Assembly (NCBI GenBank): GCA_052055015.1
Contig: JBQJIT010000011.1
DNA length: 20,000 nt
Source: Malassezia furfur
Lineage: Eukaryota
Direction: 5' to 3' (one strand)
Each line of letters begins with the position of its first letter. Within the stretch, counting starts at the first letter, position 1. Both the position numbers and the translations under genes were made by a program. Below the pieces are notes generated by a model, which saw only the letters and a program-made list of their open reading frames with translations, made no database searches and had not been told where the DNA came from. Shown here piece by piece: positions 1-9,034 of the stretch.

Positions 1-119
1 TGCCGAATGGGCGCCCGTGCGCCGGTACGCTGACGTGGCACGGGCGCACGTACGAGATGGGCGTGCTTGATCCAGCTACAGACCTGACGTATCCCCCCCG
101 CCCCGACGTAGCGCACTGA
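1..119 (+). CDS. Possible 3' end of an upstream gene (partial, unknown product)
   Basis: The frame starting at nt 3 is open from the window edge (PNGRPCAGTLTWHGRTYEMGVLDPATDLTYPPRPDVAH) to TGA at 117-119. No family recognised. Confidence 0.35.
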   Translation, partial: PNGRPCAGTLTWHGRTYEMGVLDPATDLTYPPRPDVAH

Positions 120-434
120 TGCTTGCCTGCTTGTAGGCCGTAACGCCGTACTTCCAGTGGGCCTCGTCGCCCCGCGTGCACGGTCCCTGCGCGCGCCGCC
201 GCACTTTGCGCGCGTGGGCGGCGCCGAGGCCGCGCGCCGTCCAGCGGTGGAGTGCGGTGCTGCATGGTAGAGTTTATGTACCCCTGCGCAGATTTCTGGC
301 ACCCGACCCATTTGGGCCAATCGCCGCGTGGCCTGCGCGCGGGGCGTGTGCACGGCGAGCCAACCGCGGAGCGGCGCCAGACTGTCATTGTCGGGCGCCA
401 CCTTGCCTGTTTCCCACCTGCTGGGGTCTTCGCG

Positions 435-3400
435 ATGGGCGATTCCGAGGAGCGCGGTCGCCTGGAGCAGATCCGCGCGGCGAAGCGCGCCTTGCGCAAG
501 TTCCAGCAGCGCCGTGAGCAGGAGCGCGGGAAGCGTGCGTCGCGCACGCTGCGCGCGTCGGTGGTCCTGCAAGGCGGTGCGACGCCGACGCTGCTCACGC
601 AGTCGTTCAAGGCGTCCAATACAGCGACGTCGTCCGCGCGCGAGTCAGCGCAGCGCGCGACAGACGCGAGCCGCCGGCGGCATTCGCGCACCCAGTCGAT
701 GCTATCGGACGCAAGCGCAGCCGATGGACGACGCAGCTCGGTGCGCCTGTCGCAGGCGATGCCGCCCCCCAGCGCAGGCGCGGGGGGCAAGCGCCGCAGC
801 GTGCACGTTCGCAACCCGTCCGTGTCGCTCGGCGCCCAGCTGCCGCCGCCTGCGGGCCGGCGGCCCATGAGCATGATCTTCTCGCACCAACCGTCGTCGT
901 CGCTGCAGGGCAGCTCGGCGTCGGCGCAGCGCGACTCGGTGCCGCGCATGTCGATGGCCGATGTGCCCAAGCGGCGGAGCCGGCACTCGCGCCAGCTGAG
1001 CATCTCGACGCGGCGCGAGAGTTTCGAGGTGATGAGCGGGCGCAACCTGGGCGCCGGCACCCGCACGAGTCAACGTGCGTCGCACGCGGGTCGTGCGTCG
1101 GTGCGCTTCTCGGCCCTCGAGGCGGCCTCGGTGCTGTTCCATGCAGGCATGGCACAGAAACCGCTGCCACCCGTGCCGCAGGAGTGGCGCGCGGGCCTCT
1201 GGGACGGCGACACCGACGAGGGCCAGGACCGCGAGAGCGCCCTCGAGAAGCTCGAAGGGCGCGGCGCGGCGCGCGATACGACGCCGCCCGCGGCGCGGCG
1301 TGCGCGCCCGCCATCGTGGCTGCAGCCCAAGCCCGAGGCGACGCACAGCTCGCCGCCCGCCCTCGGCTCGCCGTGGGACGCCGCGCCGCCGAGCGCGCCG
1401 GCCGCGCCCGTCGAAGAGAGCCTCGACACGCTTGTCGAGGAGGACGAGGACGAAAGCGGCTCACGCACGCATGCCCAGGCGGCCGCGCGCACCGAGCCGT
1501 GCGGCACGCCCGCCGATGCCGTCGAGGCGCTCGTTGCCGAGGCCAAACGCCGGCAGCATGGCGCGGCCGACACTGTGGCCGAGGCAGACACGTCGACGGA
1601 GTCGAGTCGTGCGTTGCGCCCGCTGCGTCTGAGCAGCCTGAATGCGAGCGGCACACCGCTGCTCGGCACGACGCAGCGCGCGAGTGCTGCGATGCCGAAA
1701 GCCGTGCGCCGTGCGTCCAACATTTACTACAAGCCGGCGCAAGCGGCGCAGGCGCAGGCGGCGCAAGCGACGCAGGCGGACGCCGCCGCGCCGCGCGGCC
1801 ACCATGCGCCGAGCACACGCAGTGCCCAGTCCTCCAACACCTCGTGGCCCCTCACGGACGCGGCGGGCAGTGCGCTGTTTAGCCCCCGCTCGGCGGCGTC
1901 CGACTCGCCCGGTGCGACGAGCATCGAGTCGAGCGACCACACACCGAAGCGCGCGGCGCGGCCGGCGCCGCCCGCGCCCGAGCCCGTGCTGGCGCGCGTG
2001 CAGTCAGAGCTGCACGCGGAGCGCGAGCGCCACCTGCACGAGATCACCGAGCTGCAGCGCGAGGTCGAAGAGGTGCGGCATGTCATGGGCGCGCAGCTGG
2101 CTGGCGTCGCCGGTGCGCGCGACGCGGCCGAGGCGCGCGTCGCGGCGCTCGAGGCGGACACGGCGCAGCTGCGTGAGCGGCTCGAAGAGGCCGAGGGCGT
2201 GCGCGACATGTATGCGGACGATGTCGAAGGCTGGCGGCGGCGGTGCAGCGACCTGGAGCAGACGATCCGCACGCAGCAGCTGCGCTTCAAGCAGGAGCAG
2301 TCGTGGCGCAATGCTGCGATGAAGCGGATGCAGGCGCTGTCGAACCGGCTCAAGACGCACGAGGGCTCGTTTGACTCGACGTCCAGCTCGCAGCTCGGCC
2401 CGCTGAGCAGCGTGTCGAGTGTGTCGTCCACGAGCCTCGCGGACGGCACCTTTGACGGCGTGCCCGAGCTTCCGACGCTGCCCGAGATGCCCTCGGAAGA
2501 GGAGCTTGGCGACTGGTCGACACACGTCGCGCGGCAGCTCTCCAAGCAGGCGCCCGAGGCCGCCGCGCCGCCACAGGACCTCGCGCCCGAGACGGTGCAC
2601 CTGCTCGCGGACATGCGGCAGCAGATCATGGGCCTCTATGCGGAGCTCAAGCTCGAGCAGTCGAACCACGAGCTGACGCGCTCGCAGCTGCGCGACGCGC
2701 AGCAGGCGCATGCCGTGCAGCCCGACGCGTTGGCAGGGGTGGCTTCGCCCGTCACCACCTTTACGCCCGCAGACGTGTCGCAGACGCCCAGCGCTGCATC
2801 GAGCGCCGCGCCGAGCGTCTCGACGCCGCGCTCGCGTGCCTCGTCCGCGTCGCGGCGCCGGCGCCAGGCGTTCCTGCGCGACGACGGCACGAGTGGCTCA
2901 CAGAGCACCACACGCTCGTACACCTCGTCGATCGATCCCGCGGAGACCACCGCCGACGTGCTCTTTGCGTCGCACGGCAAGAACCCGTCGCTCGTGGGCC
3001 TCGGCCTCGGGCCGCCCCCGCGCCGCACCGCGGCCGCCGAGCGCTGGGACTCGGTCGATGCGACGCCGCGTCCAGACGCCGTGCGCGCGACGCGCGACGA
3101 GCCGGCATGGCCCGAGACGAGCCAGGACACTTCGTGGCTCGATGACGACTCGCCGTGGGCCAGTCAGGAGGAGGCTGCGCAGCCGCACGAGACGCCGCGC
3201 CCGTCGACGGTGCAGGCCGACGCCGCAGCGGCCGCCGCAGCGTCCATTCCGGAGCCGACGCCCGCCGCACCCGCCGCGCCCGCCGAGACGGCACCTACGC
3301 GGCTCGTCTCGGCGCCCCTGCCGCCGCGCACTGCGCCCGAGCCGGGCAAGCGCGCGTCGTCCGCCGCAGGGCCACGGGTCCCGAGTGTGTCGGCGGCGCA

Positions 3401-4787
3401 TGCAGTGCGCACGTCGATCGATGCGCTGTTTGGTCCGGCGTCGGTCGATACGCCGCTGCTGTTTGGAGCCAACGAGGAGCCAGCCGAGGCGGAGCCTGCT
3501 GCGCCCGCCCAGTTCGCTGAGCCATGGTCGGCGCCCACCGAGGCCGCCGAGCCAGCCGAGCCCTGCTCGACCGGCGCCGAGCCAGCCGAGCCCTGGTCGA
3601 CCGGCGCCGAGCCGTGGTCAGCCCCCGAGGATGACTGGCTGAAGCCCGCCGAGTCTGCCGCGCCTGTGGCGCCCGATGCCCCCCCGCCTGCCGCGGCCGG
3701 CTGGCCAGCCGATGCAACACACGACCCATCTACGACTTCATCTACCGCCGATGCCCCTGCCTCCAACTCGTACGACGGCACCGCCATCGAAATTCCCGCG
3801 GACCTTACGCAGACGGCCATGCAAAAGAGCCCTGACCTCGAGACCGGCGGCGAGACCGGCGACGAGAGCGCATGGGTCGACGAGGAGGACACGCCGACGA
3901 CGCCCACCTTCCCCCGCCCCGAGTTCATCCCCGAGTGGAGCTTTGAGCAGGCCATGTTTGAAGCGGCACAGGACGTGCGTGTCTACGAACTGTCCGGCCG
4001 CAAGCCGTGCAGCAAGCAGTCGCGGCGCGGCGCGGCGCGTGTGCGTCCGCCGCCCGTGGAAGACTTCTTTGGGATCCTGAACGCGACCGAGCTCAGGCCC
4101 GCGTTGCCACTGCCGAGCTATGCGCTGGACATGCCGCCGGTCGACCTTGCCAAGCTTCAGGCCGCGCCGCCGGTGCGAACCTCGGTGCTGCGTGCGCAGC
4201 CAGCGCGCGGCGTCGCACGCACAGCGCAGGCAATGCTGGGCCGCAGTGCGTATGTCGACGAGGCGGCGCCGGCGCCGTTCAAGGCGGCAACCGCTCCGGC
4301 GACCTCTGTGGCGATCCCCTTCTCCGACTCGGTGTACGACCCATACGAACCGCCCGTGGTCGAGGAGGAGCGCGTCACGGAGCAGAGCCCGTTTATGACG
4401 CAAATGTTCGCCTCGGTCAAGTCGCCGTGGCTCGCGAGCGAGAAGCCGATCGCCGCGGACGACTGCGAGGCGCAGCTCACGTCGTCACCCGAGATCCCGA
4501 TCACGAGTCCGTATACCTCGCCTCCGAGCGACGCGCTCGCATCCGCCTCGCCGTGGCCCACGACGCCACGCACCTCGACCATGGACCGTCTCGCGCCGTC
4601 GATCCCCCCGCCCAGCACCCCTGTGCCGCGCAGCCCCGACGTGCGCCTCGCGTCGCCCAACAGCGCAGGGCAGCGATTCATCCGCCGCGACACCCAGACG
4701 CGGATCCCTGTCCCCACGCCCGTGTGGCGCTTAAACTTTTCCCAGACCACTGCGACGCACGAGGCGCGCCCCTGCTTTACGATTTGA
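435..4787 (+). CDS. Large (~1450 aa) Ser/Pro/Ala-rich, mostly disordered protein with central coiled coil; candidate GM130/Bug1-like golgin
   Basis: Uninterrupted 4.3-kb ORF with C/G-ending codon bias. Likely start is ATG 435 (MGDSEERGRLEQ...). Heptad-rich segments at ~1980-2360 (LARVQSELHAERERHLHEITELQREVEEVR...LRERLEEAE) and ~2590-2710. The CDS is well supported; the function is inference. Confidence 0.85.
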   Translation: MGDSEERGRLEQIRAAKRALRKFQQRREQERGKRASRTLRASVVLQGGATPTLLTQSFKASNTATSSARESAQRATDASRRRHSRTQSMLSDASAADGRRSSVRLSQAMPPPSAGAGGKRRSVHVRNPSVSLGAQLPPPAGRRPMSMIFSHQPSSSLQGSSASAQRDSVPRMSMADVPKRRSRHSRQLSISTRRESFEVMSGRNLGAGTRTSQRASHAGRASVRFSALEAASVLFHAGMAQKPLPPVPQEWRAGLWDGDTDEGQDRESALEKLEGRGAARDTTPPAARRARPPSWLQPKPEATHSSPPALGSPWDAAPPSAPAAPVEESLDTLVEEDEDESGSRTHAQAAARTEPCGTPADAVEALVAEAKRRQHGAADTVAEADTSTESSRALRPLRLSSLNASGTPLLGTTQRASAAMPKAVRRASNIYYKPAQAAQAQAAQATQADAAAPRGHHAPSTRSAQSSNTSWPLTDAAGSALFSPRSAASDSPGATSIESSDHTPKRAARPAPPAPEPVLARVQSELHAERERHLHEITELQREVEEVRHVMGAQLAGVAGARDAAEARVAALEADTAQLRERLEEAEGVRDMYADDVEGWRRRCSDLEQTIRTQQLRFKQEQSWRNAAMKRMQALSNRLKTHEGSFDSTSSSQLGPLSSVSSVSSTSLADGTFDGVPELPTLPEMPSEEELGDWSTHVARQLSKQAPEAAAPPQDLAPETVHLLADMRQQIMGLYAELKLEQSNHELTRSQLRDAQQAHAVQPDALAGVASPVTTFTPADVSQTPSAASSAAPSVSTPRSRASSASRRRRQAFLRDDGTSGSQSTTRSYTSSIDPAETTADVLFASHGKNPSLVGLGLGPPPRRTAAAERWDSVDATPRPDAVRATRDEPAWPETSQDTSWLDDDSPWASQEEAAQPHETPRPSTVQADAAAAAAASIPEPTPAAPAAPAETAPTRLVSAPLPPRTAPEPGKRASSAAGPRVPSVSAAHAVRTSIDALFGPASVDTPLLFGANEEPAEAEPAAPAQFAEPWSAPTEAAEPAEPCSTGAEPAEPWSTGAEPWSAPEDDWLKPAESAAPVAPDAPPPAAAGWPADATHDPSTTSSTADAPASNSYDGTAIEIPADLTQTAMQKSPDLETGGETGDESAWVDEEDTPTTPTFPRPEFIPEWSFEQAMFEAAQDVRVYELSGRKPCSKQSRRGAARVRPPPVEDFFGILNATELRPALPLPSYALDMPPVDLAKLQAAPPVRTSVLRAQPARGVARTAQAMLGRSAYVDEAAPAPFKAATAPATSVAIPFSDSVYDPYEPPVVEEERVTEQSPFMTQMFASVKSPWLASEKPIAADDCEAQLTSSPEIPITSPYTSPPSDALASASPWPTTPRTSTMDRLAPSIPPPSTPVPRSPDVRLASPNSAGQRFIRRDTQTRIPVPTPVWRLNFSQTTATHEARPCFTI
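3545..3613 (+). repeat. Coding 30-bp tandem repeat, ~2.3 copies (AEPAEP[C/W]STG)
   Basis: CGCCGAGCCAGCCGAGCCCTG(C/G)TCGACCGG at 3545-3574 and 3575-3604 (1 mismatch), then partial CGCCGAGCC at 3605-3613. Confidence 0.85.
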
Positions 4788-4802
4788 CGTAGCCTAACGA
4801 AT

Positions 4803-4843
4803 GCACAGACCACGTGGAGGCGCCCGCCCCGCGACCAGATAAG
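4803..4843 (+). promoter_or_regulatory. Conserved upstream element of peptidase copy 1 (GCACAGACCACGTGGAGG with E-box, plus GATAAG)
   Basis: The 18-mer at 4803-4820 is identical to 6821-6838 and contains palindromic CCACGTGG. GATAAG at 4838-4843. ATG at 4863. Confidence 0.55.
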
Positions 4844-4862
4844 GCGTTTGCTGCGCGTGACC

Positions 4863-6806
4863 ATGGCCGCAAAGCTCGAGCTGCCCGACCGCGCACCGAC
4901 GAGCGCGCCGCCGCCGCGCCGCCGCGCCGCCGCACGCTACCTGATCGCCGGAGTGGCTCTGGCGTTGTATGTATATGCAACGTGTGTGCGCACGCACGCG
5001 TCTGCAACGTGGCTCGCGCAGGTGCTGGACGACGTCGAGGGCCCACACGGCGTGTGTCCGCAGGTGGCCGAGTACGACCCGACCGATGCGCTCCAGGGGC
5101 GCGACCTTGTGCGCCCGTCGGTACGTGCGTCCGTGGAGCGCCTCAGCCACGCCGTCCAGATCGATACGTCTGTCAGCGACGGCTGGAAGGACCCAGACGA
5201 GGACCCCGCGCCGTGGAAGATCTTTACGCCCTACGCAGAGTGGTTTGAGCGCAGCTTCCCCACCGTGCACGCACGCGACAGCCCCGTGCGCCGCGAGAAG
5301 ATCCACCAGCACGGCCTGCTCTACACGTGGCCCGGCTCGGACCCATCGCTGAAGCCGCTGCTGATCACCGCACACCAGGACGTGGTGCCGGTGGACGGCT
5401 CGACGCTCGACGACTGGGTCTACCCACCGTTCTCGGGTCACGTTGACCTCGAGAACCAGACCGTATGGGGCCGTGGCGCGATCGACTGCAAGAACTGGCT
5501 CCATGGCTCTATGGCGGCAGTCGAGTCGCTGCTGCTCAGCGGCTGGACGCCGCGCCGCACGGTGCTCTTTGCGTACGGGTTTGACGAGGAGTCGAGCGGG
5601 CAGCAGGGCGCACAGCACATTGGCCGCTACCTGCAGGAGCGGTACGGCGACGACAGCATCGCAATGCTGGTCGACGAGGGCACACCCGTGTACTCGGTGT
5701 CGGATCCCGAGTCGTTTGGCGCACCCATTGCGGCACCGGCCGTCACCGAAAAGGGCATGCTTAACGTCGAGATGGAAGTGCGCAGCAAGGGCGGGCACTC
5801 GTCCATGCCCCCGCCGCACACCTCGATCGGTCTCCTGTCGCGCATCCTGACAATGCTCGAAGACCATCCGTTCCCGGACAAGATCGAGGAGAAGTCCAAG
5901 GCGCACATCCAGTTTCTCCAGTGCATGCGCGACCACCCTGAGATGCCTGACACGCTGCGGCACGCGCTGTACAAGCTCGAGTACGCCGAGCGCGCGCTCG
6001 ACAACCGCTTCGCGGCGGGTGCCACGGGCGTTCTGCCGCTGACCGAACGTGTGTTTTTGCATCTCGCGCCGCGTGCACTGAAGCACAGCCGTGTGGACAA
6101 GGCGCGTCAGGGCGTGCTCGACGTGCTCGACTACAACATGCTGTCCCTGCTCAAGACGACCCAGGCGGAAGATGTGATCCACGGCGGCGTCAAGGTGAAC
6201 GCGCTGCCGGAGTCGGCTACGGCGCTCATTAACCACCGCATCGCGACCTACTCGCGCATTGCTGACGTCGAGCACCGCTACAAGCGTCTGCTCACGCCGC
6301 TGGCCGAAGAGCTAGGCCTGTCGCTGACCGCGTTCGGCGAGGAACTCGTGCCGCACACCAACGCGTCCATCGGCTCACTCGTCATCGGTCGTGGCTCGTG
6401 GATTGTTGATACGCGCGACCCGTCGCCGTTCGAGGGGCCGGATGCGGGGCCCTGGCGCCTGCTCTCGAGCGTCATCCGCCAGACGTGGCACCTCGACGAG
6501 CCGCGTCACGAGCTTGGCAAGAGCATGTCCGAGAAGCCGCGCGTCTCGAAACAACACCAGCATCCCGTGCGTGTGACGCCCAACGTAATGTTCGCCATCA
6601 CCGACACGCACTGGTACAAGGCGCTGACCAACCAGGTGTTCCGCTTCGCCTCCTTGTCTGTGCACCCCGACCTGACGGGGATGTCGATGTTCCACACGAT
6701 GCACACGGTCAACGAGCACGTCTCGATCGATGCCATTGTCAAGGCCGTCGACTTTTACACGAACCTCCTCATCGCCGCCGACCACGAGACGATCGAGCAT
6801 TGGTAG
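4863..6806 (+). CDS. CPS1: M20 family Gly-Xaa carboxypeptidase (carboxypeptidase S-like), copy 1, 647 aa
   Basis: Short N-terminal tail plus TM helix (YLIAGVALALYVYA). M20 metal/catalytic motifs AHQDVVP, WGRGAIDCK, GFDEE, VDEG, GGHSSMPP, GGVKVNALPE, HTVNEH. Confidence 0.93.
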   Translation: MAAKLELPDRAPTSAPPPRRRAAARYLIAGVALALYVYATCVRTHASATWLAQVLDDVEGPHGVCPQVAEYDPTDALQGRDLVRPSVRASVERLSHAVQIDTSVSDGWKDPDEDPAPWKIFTPYAEWFERSFPTVHARDSPVRREKIHQHGLLYTWPGSDPSLKPLLITAHQDVVPVDGSTLDDWVYPPFSGHVDLENQTVWGRGAIDCKNWLHGSMAAVESLLLSGWTPRRTVLFAYGFDEESSGQQGAQHIGRYLQERYGDDSIAMLVDEGTPVYSVSDPESFGAPIAAPAVTEKGMLNVEMEVRSKGGHSSMPPPHTSIGLLSRILTMLEDHPFPDKIEEKSKAHIQFLQCMRDHPEMPDTLRHALYKLEYAERALDNRFAAGATGVLPLTERVFLHLAPRALKHSRVDKARQGVLDVLDYNMLSLLKTTQAEDVIHGGVKVNALPESATALINHRIATYSRIADVEHRYKRLLTPLAEELGLSLTAFGEELVPHTNASIGSLVIGRGSWIVDTRDPSPFEGPDAGPWRLLSSVIRQTWHLDEPRHELGKSMSEKPRVSKQHQHPVRVTPNVMFAITDTHWYKALTNQVFRFASLSVHPDLTGMSMFHTMHTVNEHVSIDAIVKAVDFYTNLLIAADHETIEHW

Positions 6807-6820
6807 AGTCCATAGCCGTC

Positions 6821-6853
6821 GCACAGACCACGTGGAGGAAGACGCGCGATAAC
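6821..6853 (+). promoter_or_regulatory. Conserved upstream element of peptidase copy 2 (GCACAGACCACGTGGAGG, plus GATAAC)
   Basis: Exact 18-bp match to 4803-4820. GATAA at 6848-6852. ATG at 6888. Confidence 0.55.
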
Positions 6854-6887
6854 GCCGGGCGCTAATCTTAATCCTGTTCTCGCCGTC

Positions 6888-8828
6888 ATGTCCGACAAAG
6901 AGCAACTCCCGCTCGCTGTAAGCTCTCGGCCTCGCGCGCGCCCCGCCCGTAGGTGGCTTCGCTTGTTAGGGCTCGTGTTCCTCGCTACGCAGGTCTGGCT
7001 GCTCTACTTGCGTGCGACGCCGTCGTCTACGTGGCTTCCCCACGTTCTTGAACACACCGACGACGCCCGCGGTGTGTGCCCGCAAGTTACCGAGTACGAC
7101 CCAACGGACGCGCTCAACGGACGCAAGATCCAGCAGCCCACTGTACGCAAGTCCGTGGAGCGGCTCCGTGATGCGGTCCGCGTCGACACCACCGTCGGCG
7201 ATACATGGGCGGATCCGAGCGATGACCCCGAAACCTGGCGCGCGTTTAGCGAGTTTGCCAAGGTATTGGAAAAAAGCTTCCCGGCTATCCATGATAATGC
7301 GAGTCTACTGCAGCGCGAGATTGTGCATGAGCACGGCCTGCTCTACACCTGGCCGGGCTCGGACCCCAGCCTGAAGCCGCTGCTCCTGATGGCCCACCAG
7401 GACGTGGTGCCCGTCGACCCAACCACACGGAGCGAGTGGCAATTTCCGCCCTTCTCGGGGTACATTGACACCGAGAACCAGACGGTGTGGGGCCGCGGCT
7501 CCGTGGACTGCAAACTGTGGCTCCTTGGCACCATGTCGGCGGTCGAGTCGCTGCTCGAGAGCGGTTGGGAGCCGCGCCGCACGATCCTGCTTGCGTACGG
7601 CTTTGACGAAGAGGCAAGTGGGACTCAGGGTGCGCAGCAGATCGCCAAGTACCTGCACAAACGCTACGGAGATGACAGCGTCTCCATGATCGTCGACGAG
7701 GGTATGCCAGTGTACTCGGCGTACGACGCTGAAGCGTTTGGCGCCCCGATCGCGGCTCCCGCCGTGGACGAGAAGGGTGCTTTGGATGTGCGTGTTGAGG
7801 TGCGAAGCAAGGGCGGTCACTCGTCGATGCCTCCGCCGCACACCTCGATTGGGTTGCTGTCCAAGTTGGTGACGGTCCTCGAAGAGCATCCATTCCCGGA
7901 CAAGCTGGAGGAGCGCTCCAAGGCCCAGATTCGTTTCTTCCAATGCATGCGTGACCACCCGCTAGTGCCCAAGCCGATGCGCCTGGCCCTGGAGGAGCTC
8001 GAGTATGCCGAGCGCGCTCTCGAAAGCGACTTTGTGCGCACGCATGGGTCCAAGCTGCCTCTCCACGAACGTCTTTTTGTCCAACTTGCGCCGGCTTCGT
8101 TGCTGCAAAGCCGCCTGAAGCGCGCACGCCAACACGTTCTGGATGTCCTGAGCCCTGCGGTGCGTTTGATGCTCAAGACAACGCAGGCGGCCGATATTGT
8201 GCAGGGCGGTGTCAAGGTGAATGCCCTGCCCGAGTCGGCCTATGCGATCATGAACCATCGCATCGCAACCTACTCGAGCGTTAACGAGACCAAGGAACGG
8301 TATAAAAAGCTACTTACGCCCGTTGCCGAGGAGATGGGGCTGTCGATGACTGCCTTTGGCGAAGAGCTTTTGCCCTTGACCAACACGTCGGTCGGGTCAC
8401 TGGTAATCAGCAACGGGCCGTCGTACCTCGAAGTGGTCGATGTGTCGCCATTCGAGGGCAAGGAGGCCGGTGCGTTCCGCCTCTTGGCGAGCGTCATTCG
8501 TCAGACGTGGCATCTGGATGAGCCGCGCAGGACAATGGACGACGACTTGCACCGTGCGAGCAGCACCAAGCAAAAGCACGGCGAATCCATCCGCGTCACG
8601 CCCACGACCATGTTTGCCAATACGGACACGCACTGGTACAAGATGCTGACGCGCAACATTTTCCGTTTTGGCCCGGCTACGCTGCACCGTGATCTCACGG
8701 GGCTGACGATGCTGCACACGATCCACACCGTGAACGAACACGTCTCGTTTGACGCAATCGCGAAGGCGGTCGAGTTCTACACGAACCTGATTGTCGCTGT
8801 GGACTATGAGGATGTAAACAAGATGTAG
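6888..8828 (+). CDS. CPS1: M20 family Gly-Xaa carboxypeptidase, copy 2, 646 aa
   Basis: Colinear paralogue of copy 1. TM helix LLGLVFLATQVWLLYL. Motifs AHQDVVP, GRGSVDCK, FDEE, DEG, GGHSS, NTDT, HTVNEH intact. Confidence 0.93.
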   Translation: MSDKEQLPLAVSSRPRARPARRWLRLLGLVFLATQVWLLYLRATPSSTWLPHVLEHTDDARGVCPQVTEYDPTDALNGRKIQQPTVRKSVERLRDAVRVDTTVGDTWADPSDDPETWRAFSEFAKVLEKSFPAIHDNASLLQREIVHEHGLLYTWPGSDPSLKPLLLMAHQDVVPVDPTTRSEWQFPPFSGYIDTENQTVWGRGSVDCKLWLLGTMSAVESLLESGWEPRRTILLAYGFDEEASGTQGAQQIAKYLHKRYGDDSVSMIVDEGMPVYSAYDAEAFGAPIAAPAVDEKGALDVRVEVRSKGGHSSMPPPHTSIGLLSKLVTVLEEHPFPDKLEERSKAQIRFFQCMRDHPLVPKPMRLALEELEYAERALESDFVRTHGSKLPLHERLFVQLAPASLLQSRLKRARQHVLDVLSPAVRLMLKTTQAADIVQGGVKVNALPESAYAIMNHRIATYSSVNETKERYKKLLTPVAEEMGLSMTAFGEELLPLTNTSVGSLVISNGPSYLEVVDVSPFEGKEAGAFRLLASVIRQTWHLDEPRRTMDDDLHRASSTKQKHGESIRVTPTTMFANTDTHWYKMLTRNIFRFGPATLHRDLTGLTMLHTIHTVNEHVSFDAIAKAVEFYTNLIVAVDYEDVNKM

Positions 8829-9034
8829 ACATAGAGAGCTACATTTTCCTGCATCTCTCCATGCCGTGCCATTGAGATTGCACATTGCGCCTGGCTCCAC
8901 CGGCATTGGGCGCTTTTAATTCGCGCACCCAAGATTTTATCGAAGCAATATTGGGGTGTAAGATTATGCACGGACCAGACGAAAATAGTCATTCATGATA
9001 AGATGCCGCGAACGCACCTTGCAAAGTGCTCATC

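Noticed and set aside
252..434. N-terminal extension of the 1511-aa ORF from GTG 252 or ATG 264
   Set aside because: Eukaryotic context makes a GTG start unlikely, and the composition looks like promoter/UTR. ATG 435 begins a motif-like helix. An upstream ATG start cannot be fully excluded.
5121..5146. GTACGT...CTCAG candidate 26-nt intron in peptidase copy 1
   Set aside because: No CTRAY branch point, removal would frameshift, and the encoded VRASVERLS aligns with VRKSVERLR in copy 2.
4794..6275. 493-aa antisense ORF opposite peptidase copy 1
   Set aside because: Shadow ORF caused by strong GC3 bias on the sense strand; no recognisable domain and it overlaps a clear M20 gene.
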